In this document: positions 52,869 through 60,913 of the stretch, piece by piece | Layout: every line of letters begins with the position of its first letter | Position numbering within the stretch: the first letter of the stretch is position 1 | Made by a program: the position numbers and the translations under genes | Notes under the pieces: model-generated | What the model was told of the DNA's origin: nothing | Seen by the model: only the letters and a program-made list of their open reading frames with translations | Databases searched by the model: none | Source of the DNA: a virus | Taxonomy: Duplodnaviria; Caudoviricetes | Length of the DNA stretch: 64,000 nt | IMG/VR virus record: IMGVR_UViG_3300033075_001437 | Location: 32,001-96,000 of that record | Reading direction: 5' to 3' (one strand)

Positions 52869-54020
52869 CTAGAACTTCTTCAAAACATCTTGAACATCAA
52901 CTTCTTGTCCATTGTATAATATCTTATCGCCATGATTAAGTAAAAGTATCTCCCCATTCTTTAATTTGACAGCATACTTTTTAACAATTGGACCAAACGA
53001 TATACCTCTATTTTCTTTTATCAATCTGCAAGCACTGTATATATATTCTAATGTCTTCAAACCCAATATATCGAGCTTGCAATAGCCAAGCTTGCTTAAG
53101 TGTGTGTTGCGCCCTTCTGGCCACATTGTTGACCATGGATTTTTATTGCTACTTCTGGTTAAAGGAACATTGCCGAACAGTGGTTTATTAGCTATAACTA
53201 TAGCCCCAGCATGAACACCAGCGTTCCTAACCTTGCCGATCATTTTAATAGCATATTCAAATAAATCTGGATGATTATCCTTGAATGCTTGCAATTGCTG
53301 ATACTCAAATAAAGCCCTTCCTATCGTTATATTGTCATATTCATCAGATCCACATCTAGGGCATTTTAATTCAGCATGTACAAATTTGCATTCTTTCTCT
53401 TCTTCACTATCAACTTCTTTATACTTCCCTTTGCAAGTTGACTGCCCAAACTCTCTTAAATCATCAACATCTTCAGGTAAAGTTGTTGTTAACGCATGAA
53501 TTTCAGATTGATGTACCTTACCAATCGCTCTAGCAACATCCAATAATGCTGATTTGAATTTATATGTCTGCCAAGTTCCGACATTGCAAACATTGCCGTA
53601 CTCATCATTAATATCAATATTAAATCTTGTAGCCGCATATTTTTTAATATCATCACGTGCTTCTGGTAAACAATCTATATCTATGTCAGGCATGTCCATA
53701 TCTTTAGTAAAATCAGATGGTAAGTTGCCATATTGATCTAAAAATTTATGAACCTGCGTATATGATGCATTATTCAACAATGGTTCTGTTCTTGTAGCTA
53801 TTGGGTCTATATCAACCATACCAAGAAGCCACGGCAGAACCAACATACTTGGATTACTAGAAAACTTCCTGTTTTCTATATATAAATTAATCCAATATGT
53901 TTCATATCCTTGTTTTTCTATTTCTGAGAATTCGAATTTAAGTCTATCTATATAAACTTGATCTTTATTTTTACTATTTAAATTATTTAAAGCTATTTCT
54001 TTTAATTCTTCCCAAATCAT
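52869..54020 (-). CDS. dnaE: DnaE piece 3: catalytic palm/thumb
   Basis: MPDIDIDC, SALLDVAR, GVHAGAIVI, KLDILGLKTL; Zn-finger insertion (C..CPRC). Confidence 0.92.
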   Translation of the reverse strand: MIWEELKEIALNNLNSKNKDQVYIDRLKFEFSEIEKQGYETYWINLYIENRKFSSNPSMLVLPWLLGMVDIDPIATRTEPLLNNASYTQVHKFLDQYGNLPSDFTKDMDMPDIDIDCLPEARDDIKKYAATRFNIDINDEYGNVCNVGTWQTYKFKSALLDVARAIGKVHQSEIHALTTTLPEDVDDLREFGQSTCKGKYKEVDSEEEKECKFVHAELKCPRCGSDEYDNITIGRALFEYQQLQAFKDNHPDLFEYAIKMIGKVRNAGVHAGAIVIANKPLFGNVPLTRSSNKNPWSTMWPEGRNTHLSKLGYCKLDILGLKTLEYIYSACRLIKENRGISFGPIVKKYAVKLKNGEILLLNHGDKILYNGQEVDVQDVLKKF

Positions 54021-54430
54021 TTGCCGCCTGCACCTGGATGTATAGCGTTCATATGGTTAGTCAGCCCAAATTGTTTTTTAAACTTTTTATTACATATTGG
54101 GCAAGTAATGTCTTTAGTTGATTCTTCTATTAGCGACTGTGCCGGTTCTTGATCCAATACTGGCGCAGTTTGAATTTGCGGCACTTGCGGCGTAATTTTA
54201 TCTTGTTTTACCGGTTTACTTTGATGATTTATATAATTTTCTTTCAATTTCCAAGGCTGCATAGCGTATGTAAAGCCATCTTTCTCATATGTATCAGCTT
54301 GATAAACAAGAGCTTTTTTAGATTTGGCAATATCTGTTGCGACATCATTCTTCAAAACTGTAGCTAAAACCTTAGCAGGTGGGTGTACGACAATATACGC
54401 TACTTTATTCATTACAAGTACCACTGTCAA
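54017..54430 (-). CDS. C2H2 zinc-finger protein
   Basis: CPICNKKFKKQFGLTNHMNAIH. Confidence 0.7.
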   Translation of the reverse strand: MTVVLVMNKVAYIVVHPPAKVLATVLKNDVATDIAKSKKALVYQADTYEKDGFTYAMQPWKLKENYINHQSKPVKQDKITPQVPQIQTAPVLDQEPAQSLIEESTKDITCPICNKKFKKQFGLTNHMNAIHPGAGGK

Positions 54431-54839
54431 AAGTGTCTTTGCCTAGTATGACTTTATCGCAAATACTTTCTAAGAACGTTTGTTTATATTGGTTAATATA
54501 AACATGATCAAACTTCATAAGTAATAAACGAATATTCCGTAATAACAACTTATTCTTATTAGATTCATACTTCCAAGTATTACCATCTTTAATAAAAAAA
54601 TTTATTACATCAGCGTTGCAATATAAATACAAAGTATTACAATAAACATTATTATAATTATATGAGGTCAAAGCAGATAGAATCGATTGCAATTTTACAA
54701 ATTCAGCAGTTTTATTATATAGCTGATAAGCATAATATCTATGATAATTGCAATATACAGATTTAATAGCTACAGTTGATACAGTGTTATCTACCTTTTC
54801 ATAACAATATAATTTACAATTTATTGCCATGGACGTCAC
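54405..54839 (-). CDS. RNase HI-like fold, degenerate
   Basis: NKTAEF..L..AL and YCNADVINF..WKY..LL..IR.LL.KFDHVYI follow the RNase HI pattern without the catalytic Asp residues. Confidence 0.4.
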   Translation of the reverse strand: MTSMAINCKLYCYEKVDNTVSTVAIKSVYCNYHRYYAYQLYNKTAEFVKLQSILSALTSYNYNNVYCNTLYLYCNADVINFFIKDGNTWKYESNKNKLLLRNIRLLLMKFDHVYINQYKQTFLESICDKVILGKDTFDSGTCNE

Positions 54840-55236
54840 ATATTGTAGGATATTCTGATTTTGTAGCTGCCGCTAATGCGTTTAATAATTTAGATATTAT
54901 TCTTAATAAATTATATTTCGCCTGTATCTTATCTATTTTCCTTAATTTAATTATAGCTATCAATAATTCGTCATTTAAATTCATGATTTCTTCGGTAAGA
55001 CCTTTCGCCGCATTAATAGATGCTACATGTTTCGACACATGATTTGCAACTGATTCGATAATTGCATATGATAAGCCTATTAATTCTCTCGTCGGATCAT
55101 TATTAATAATCAATGAATCTATAATATCTATAGATTTAATAAGATATGCGGCCAATTCCGAAGTTGGGCCATTATATATTAGCAAGTATATTCTAATTGA
55201 ATGTTTAAATTCTGAATTTGCATCTATTTTATTCAT
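54814..55236 (-). CDS. hypothetical helical protein
   Basis: 140-aa ORF coupled to DnaE piece 2. Confidence 0.55.
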   Translation of the reverse strand: MNKIDANSEFKHSIRIYLLIYNGPTSELAAYLIKSIDIIDSLIINNDPTRELIGLSYAIIESVANHVSKHVASINAAKGLTEEIMNLNDELLIAIIKLRKIDKIQAKYNLLRIISKLLNALAAATKSEYPTICDVHGNKL

Positions 55237-55556
55237 TATTTTTCCGGCATTGTCACTTTTAAAAGGTATCCGCCACGGCTGCTTGACAAGAATCTGTCAA
55301 AACTCAAATCCCATTTCATTGGGTCATAATTTGAAATTCCTAATAAATAACATACTAAACTTCCGCCAGCCGAATTAGAACTGAACACTCCATTTAATTG
55401 ATATGTGTTAGTGGCGCTAACTTGTAAATCATATACTTTACCGGTGTATTTCTTCTTTGTTATCTTGTTTATTCTTATTCTCTTTATAGTATTTTTTGTA
55501 ACCAATTTCTGCAATTCTTTTATGTTTTTGATCTGTGAAGGTAATAGTTGATTCAT
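55236..55556 (-). CDS. dnaE: DnaE piece 2: split-intein C-half plus 45-aa extein
   Basis: KKYTGKVYDLQV..YQLNGVFSSN|SAGGSLVCYLLGISNYDPMKWDLSFDRFL. Confidence 0.9.
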   Translation of the reverse strand: MNQLLPSQIKNIKELQKLVTKNTIKRIRINKITKKKYTGKVYDLQVSATNTYQLNGVFSSNSAGGSLVCYLLGISNYDPMKWDLSFDRFLSSSRGGYLLKVTMPEK

Positions 55557-55921
55557 TGAAAATAACCCTAATTTGCCGCCACATGTGACTTCCGCCTGTT
55601 CCTCTTAAAATACCTTCGGAAAGCAATCTCTCCGTTGTATATAATACATAATTATCAGCAACGCCAGTTTCTATGATATATCTTTCAGCGGCTGCCTGTT
55701 TTTCGCCAACTTTGTTTTGGTAAAATCCTTTTATTTCTATTATCGATTTAACATTTTTATCATCTATGACACAGAAATCTGGATGATAAAAATGTTTATC
55801 ATATGCTATACTAAAATCGCACCTTCTGATGGTTTTATAATTGTTTCTAACGTGCCAAATATATATGTTGAATATTTCCGCACTTATTGCAATTATATGT
55901 TATTTTGGTTTTTTTCGACAT
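55438..55921 (-). pseudogene. eroded PD-(D/E)XK (TnsA-N-like) homing endonuclease
   Basis: ATG at 55921 (MSKKTKITYNCNKCG..) stops at 55847; shifted frame 55899-55438 reads CDFSIAYDKHFYHPDFCVI..IIEIKGFY with no ATG upstream of these motifs. Confidence 0.75.
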
Positions 55922-57497
55922 TAGCGATTAAATCCGAGATACCACCGATGATTTCATCAGTATCTTTGATTTCATATGCTTTCAGTAAACATACAATATT
56001 ATCTCTTATGACATATAGCTTATGGTCAGAAGTTAATTCCAAAACGCATCCGTCAACTTCAATAACAAACAACTCTTCAGATACATCATAAATGAATTTA
56101 TTTTCAACTACTTGTTTATCACCGAATCCGTCAATTATCTCATCGCCTATAGATATGTCAGATATTTTTTGGCAACTGTTAACGGACACATTAACTAAAG
56201 CGTCTGGTGTAGTGCAGCCACGGGGGGCAAATGGGAAGCCCCTATTTTTGCCATAATCTATTAAATCTTTAGTTATTAAAAAATAACTAGCAAAACCTTT
56301 TTCAATAAATCTGCTTAATTCTAATTTAGCCTGATCTAAATAAGTTACCTCTTTGCCATCAACAACAAATTTCCTATCACACTTATCTAAACCAAGCTCC
56401 TTCAATCTATTCTTAACAATTGTTATAAGCTTCTTATCAGCATCTTCAATACTCGGTATCTTAGGCGATAAATCGAATTTAACATTGTCGCACTTGTCAG
56501 CTATTTCAATAGAGTTATCACATGCCTCATGAAACCTTCTATCATCTATACCATCAGAATATGTATTATTCTTGAATCTTGTCCATAATTCAGCACGTGT
56601 TTTAAAATATTGTTCATCGCTATTAACATGAAACAAATCTGGCGAATCAACAGTTGTTTCTTGATCTATTGCCATCATGATTTTTTGGATCATTGAATCT
56701 TCTCTTTTCATATAATGACAATCATTAGTTATAACTGGTTTAATTTTAAATTTATCAGCTATCATATTTAATATTTTAAAAACTCTGTCATCGCCATCAA
56801 CCCCAGGCATTTGAAGTTCAATATAATAATCATCGCCGAATATTTGTTTATATGATTTTATAATATTCACAGCGGAATTAAGACATTCACTGTCTGTGCG
56901 TTCCTTTAAAATATTGCCTTCTCTGTCCTTTATTTGCTTAGTTCTTAACTCGTGTGATACTGGGCCATTTAAACAACCAGATAAAACTATTAATCCTTCT
57001 TTATATTTAAACAATTTTTCAGTCCAAGACCTGTTATATTTTGCTCTACCCATTCCAAATAAACCATCTTTATAAGCTTCTGTAGTTAACTTTATGAGGT
57101 TTTCAACTCCTTGTCTGTTTTTACATAAGACAGTAAGATGTCTATTTCTAGTTATTTTAAAATAATCTTCAATATTTTGTTTTTTCCATTCTTCAGATCT
57201 CCATTTTATCCCTTTAGATTCTAACTCTTGTCTTATCGGCTCATGGTCATTCAGATAAATTTCGCTACCAGCGATATATTTAAGACCGCTTTTCTTGCAC
57301 TCAAAAAAACCATCAGGCACTGATGCCATGTGGCCATGTTCAGTTAGAGCCAATGCACGGTAGCCTCTTTTCTTGCTTTCAGAGGCATATTGCTGGACAT
57401 AAGCAACACCGTCTAACATTGAAGCAATACTGTGATTGTGTAAATGTATTATCTCTGAATCACCAACATAATCCTCGCAAGTATAAATCTTATTCAT
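55893..57497 (-). CDS. dnaE: DnaE piece 1: PHP domain + palm start + split-intein N-half (107 aa)
   Basis: HLHNHS..LDG, ALTEHG, GSE, SGCLNG, TNDCHY, GFASYFLI, PRG|CTTPDA..LTSDHKL. Confidence 0.93.
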   Translation of the reverse strand: MNKIYTCEDYVGDSEIIHLHNHSIASMLDGVAYVQQYASESKKRGYRALALTEHGHMASVPDGFFECKKSGLKYIAGSEIYLNDHEPIRQELESKGIKWRSEEWKKQNIEDYFKITRNRHLTVLCKNRQGVENLIKLTTEAYKDGLFGMGRAKYNRSWTEKLFKYKEGLIVLSGCLNGPVSHELRTKQIKDREGNILKERTDSECLNSAVNIIKSYKQIFGDDYYIELQMPGVDGDDRVFKILNMIADKFKIKPVITNDCHYMKREDSMIQKIMMAIDQETTVDSPDLFHVNSDEQYFKTRAELWTRFKNNTYSDGIDDRRFHEACDNSIEIADKCDNVKFDLSPKIPSIEDADKKLITIVKNRLKELGLDKCDRKFVVDGKEVTYLDQAKLELSRFIEKGFASYFLITKDLIDYGKNRGFPFAPRGCTTPDALVNVSVNSCQKISDISIGDEIIDGFGDKQVVENKFIYDVSEELFVIEVDGCVLELTSDHKLYVIRDNIVCLLKAYEIKDTDEIIGGISDLIANVEKNQNNI

Positions 57498-58221
57498 GAT
57501 AACATTCAAATCATTAGGATCATTAGGTAGACTAGGAAATCAAATTTTCCAATACGCTATGATCAAAAATTTAGCTACAACAAATAAATATGAATACGGA
57601 ATACCAAAAAATTGTGATCTAAGGAATTGTTTTAAAATAGATTGTAAAGAAAGCGATAATATTCATACAGATTATAAATATGAAGAAGAATTCAAAAATT
57701 TCTCGACATACGACAAAAACATATTCAATATCAAAGACAATACTGACATTAGCGGATACTTTCAATCATATAAATATATAGAAAGTGATTTTAAATTAGA
57801 ATTTAAACAAGATTATTTTTTTCAATATAACAAAGATTCCGTTGGTGTTCACATTAGAAGAACTGATTATGTCGATAATAAGTTTAATAAAGAACAACCA
57901 ATAGAATATTATAATAAAGCAATGGATTTATTCGGTAATAATTATAATTTTTATATAATATCAGATGATATAAACTGGTGCAAACAAAACTTTAAAGGCG
58001 ACAATATTTTATTTTCAAATAATATATCAAGCTATGAAGATTTATACTGTTACTCCAAATGCGACAATCAAATAATTTCAGCTAGCTCATTTAGTTGGTG
58101 GGGAGCATGGTTTAATGCTAAAGCAGATAAAACAATAATATATCCATATTATTGGCTACACGACAACTTCATGAATATGGTTAAAGACTTAATCCCACCA
58201 ACTTGGCTACCAATTAAATAA
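57496..58221 (+). CDS. alpha-1,2-fucosyltransferase (GT11)
   Basis: GRLGNQIFQYA, GYFQS, HIRRTDY, SDDINWCK, SSFSWWGAW. Confidence 0.9.
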   Translation: MITFKSLGSLGRLGNQIFQYAMIKNLATTNKYEYGIPKNCDLRNCFKIDCKESDNIHTDYKYEEEFKNFSTYDKNIFNIKDNTDISGYFQSYKYIESDFKLEFKQDYFFQYNKDSVGVHIRRTDYVDNKFNKEQPIEYYNKAMDLFGNNYNFYIISDDINWCKQNFKGDNILFSNNISSYEDLYCYSKCDNQIISASSFSWWGAWFNAKADKTIIYPYYWLHDNFMNMVKDLIPPTWLPIK

Positions 58222-58524
58222 CCTACATAGCCAACAAGAGCAATTAACTTTTACCTGTTTTTCTATTATCCTGTCAACAATCTTTTCGACTGGTACTTCA
58301 ACAATCTTAACAACTTCTTTTTCAACCTCAACGATTTTCTCAACTGGCACTTCCACTTTGACAACTTCATTGACACCGCTATAAACAGCTTTATAAATAG
58401 CGTCAAGATCTCTTAATGCTCTTTCAACAAACTTATGCTTTAAAACAAATTTCTTATTGTCATAAGCTTTTAAATCGTCTGCAAATTTTGCAATTAATTG
58501 CAATTGATCAGATTTGGTGCTCAT
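58207..58524 (-). CDS. protein with EKIVEVP-type repeats
   Basis: VEVPVEKIVEVEKEVVKIVEVPVEKIV. Confidence 0.65.
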   Translation of the reverse strand: MSTKSDQLQLIAKFADDLKAYDNKKFVLKHKFVERALRDLDAIYKAVYSGVNEVVKVEVPVEKIVEVEKEVVKIVEVPVEKIVDRIIEKQVKVNCSCWLCRLFNW

Positions 58525-58537
58525 AATACCCTCGTTG

Positions 58538-58939
58538 TTATCTTATATTTGCTATTGGCATTTTAATAAAATTGCCATGCTCATTTGTATACCATATATC
58601 ATTAATATTTAAATCTAAAAGCAACTTGCAACATACATCACATGGTTTAGAAATCCCAAAAGAACCATCTTTAAATATTCTAACATTGGCCAACTTTATT
58701 TTATCAAGTCTTATATCTCTTCTATACAAATTATTAATGGCATGCAGCTCAGCGTGTATGCAATGATATCTATGTCCATAAATCTTCGCAATAGGATGTG
58801 ACTTCCTAGCATTGTTCCAGCCAAAACTTATTATTTTATTCTTATAGATTATAAAACTAAAATGCAAAGTCCTACAATTAGACAATGAAAAATCATTTAC
58901 ACACTTTTTAAAAATGCGATTCTGAAGCTTACTATTCAT
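58538..58939 (-). CDS. zinc-dependent (deoxy)cytidylate deaminase-fold protein
   Basis: GWN, HAE, SKPCDVC. Confidence 0.8.
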   Translation of the reverse strand: MNSKLQNRIFKKCVNDFSLSNCRTLHFSFIIYKNKIISFGWNNARKSHPIAKIYGHRYHCIHAELHAINNLYRRDIRLDKIKLANVRIFKDGSFGISKPCDVCCKLLLDLNINDIWYTNEHGNFIKMPIANIR

Positions 58940-58953
58940 AATGATATATACAA

Positions 58954-59736
58954 ATGAGCAATAAAATCATTCAAATAAACAAGTTTGCAAAATTGCATAA
59001 CGGCAAAACAATAATATTCTCAAAAACAGATTTTCTAGAAGAAACATTTGAAAAAATACGAAAAATAAAAAACAATGTCATACTAATAACAGGAAACAGT
59101 GATTACGAAATAACAGATAATACACTAAAAACATCACCAAAGAACATCAAAAAATGGTACGCACAAAATGCAAATACAAATAAAATAAATTGTATACCAA
59201 TAGGCATAGAAAACCATGAAAATTGCATATTAGAAGGACATGGCATGGGCCATGCCCATGCCAAAATAAAAATAGAACTATTAAACAAAAATTATGAAAT
59301 ACAGCCGACAAAAGAAATATATGCAAACTTCGCGACAAATACAAACCATACAAGAAACAAGATTATAAATATATGTAAACATTTAAATAATGTCACTGAC
59401 CATACATCTAACAGCCACATAGATAACATAAACAGAAATTATGAAATATATATAAACAATATATTAGACCACAAAATGGTTATAAGTCCAAACGGCAATG
59501 GCATAGACTGCCATAGGACATGGGAGACATTATATCTAAATAGAGTGCCAATAGTTGAAGAAAACGCAGTAACAATCCACTTCAAAAGCTTACCGATAAT
59601 ATATTTAAAAAACTGGGAGCAGTTAAATGATACACAATATATCAATGATCAATATAACAAAGTGATAAGAAACACTAAAGAAATGCTAGATATAAATTAT
59701 TGGACTAATGAAATATTAAGTCAAAATATGAACTAA
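58954..59736 (+). CDS. exostosin/GT47-like glycosyltransferase
   Basis: WYAQN, IPIGIEN, ISPNGNGIDCHRTWETLYL..PIV. Confidence 0.75.
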   Translation: MSNKIIQINKFAKLHNGKTIIFSKTDFLEETFEKIRKIKNNVILITGNSDYEITDNTLKTSPKNIKKWYAQNANTNKINCIPIGIENHENCILEGHGMGHAHAKIKIELLNKNYEIQPTKEIYANFATNTNHTRNKIINICKHLNNVTDHTSNSHIDNINRNYEIYINNILDHKMVISPNGNGIDCHRTWETLYLNRVPIVEENAVTIHFKSLPIIYLKNWEQLNDTQYINDQYNKVIRNTKEMLDINYWTNEILSQNMN

Positions 59737-60399
59737 AAAATCTACTAATTTGTCACAATCATCCTCATTATACCAATTAGCAATTGTGTCATCAGCACTA
59801 TGGCATTTCACCCACCTATCACAATATCCATAACCATCTAATTGTTTAATATCATTGTCAGACACCATAGTAACACAAGCACTTTTGGTAATATTATTGT
59901 TATACCTTTGAAGCATATCTAATGCAGAGGCACAATTATATGGCATATTATAAACGGGAATCTTAAATAAATCAAAATTGTTATATTTTGACATAATTAA
60001 CCGATTACCAGATGCAGTTAATTCTAAATCTATTAAATAATCAGTAAACGGTATATAATTAATACCACATTTATATATATCGCATGTTTCTTCAGCATCT
60101 ATAAAAGCTAATGAAACATTATATTTTAATTCTTTGAATTTCAACTTTTGATACAATTTTATAAGATTAATAACGCTCGCAGAATTGTCTAAACAATTCT
60201 CATAATTGTTAAACACAACATCATAGTGCGCACTAATTGTTATAGATATATCATTGCCAGCTGACAACATTGAATATATATTCACATATTGCGTGTTCTT
60301 TATATTATATGGTATATTAAATGAATTTATAACCTTGTCGCTGATAAATTCCCTCTTATCAGCGGCATTATTCAATTTACAATATTCATTAATCAGCAT
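59716..60399 (-). CDS. M28-family peptidase-like
   Basis: ISAHYD, DNSASV, DAEE, CHSADD. Confidence 0.75.
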   Translation of the reverse strand: MLINEYCKLNNAADKREFISDKVINSFNIPYNIKNTQYVNIYSMLSAGNDISITISAHYDVVFNNYENCLDNSASVINLIKLYQKLKFKELKYNVSLAFIDAEETCDIYKCGINYIPFTDYLIDLELTASGNRLIMSKYNNFDLFKIPVYNMPYNCASALDMLQRYNNNITKSACVTMVSDNDIKQLDGYGYCDRWVKCHSADDTIANWYNEDDCDKLVDFLVHILT

Positions 60400-60630
60400 A
60401 ACAAACTTGATCTAAACGCGGACCTGTTCCAACCATGTTACTGGTATAGATGTATCATCCTCGATCATCTTTATAAAATCTAACACTTTTGCTGGCAAAT
60501 TGTCATAATTGTTACAACCAAAACATTCCCAATCAATATAATTAGCAAAATTAAATGCTAGTTTTGTAACCCCATTTATAATACAAGCTTCTTTCATCTG
60601 ACGTTTACTATATGTGAAAACTCTACGCAA
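60389..60630 (-). pseudogene. purZ: orphan 3' end of a second purZ allele
   Basis: LRRVFTYSK..NFANYIDW..LP.KVLDFI..PVT, then a 1-nt frameshift to VGTGPRLDQVC. Confidence 0.85.
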
Positions 60631-60913
60631 TATGCTTAAACGGCTATGGGACGAACAATCTGGCATATGTCCAATAACTGGTTGGAGTATGGAAAAAAGA
60701 AAAACAGGTTCTGGTTTAACAGCTAGAACAGTCACCGTCGATAGAGTCGACCAAACCATTGGGTATATCGAAAATAACATACGATTAGTATGCTTCGCTG
60801 CAAATAATGCAAGATATGTTTGGAGTGATTATGATCTTGTATTATTTTGTAAGGCTGTTATTAAAACTAACGGAAACACACATGATTGTTGCGAGGACCA
60901 GTCCCAACAATAG
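60614..60913 (+). mobile_element. HNH endonuclease, probably N-truncated
   Basis: LWDEQSGICPITG..VDRVD..GY..NNIRLVC..AN.AR. Confidence 0.75.

Noticed and set aside
46540-52869. Group I/II intron joining DnaE P3 and P4 at RNA level
   Set aside because: No intron core recognised, the interval holds several ordinary genes and a terminator-like hairpin, and the piece ends look protein-like; RT-PCR would exclude it formally
60412-60780. 122-aa ORF as a real gene
   Set aside because: Its N-half is the antisense of the HNH and its C-half is the purZ remnant
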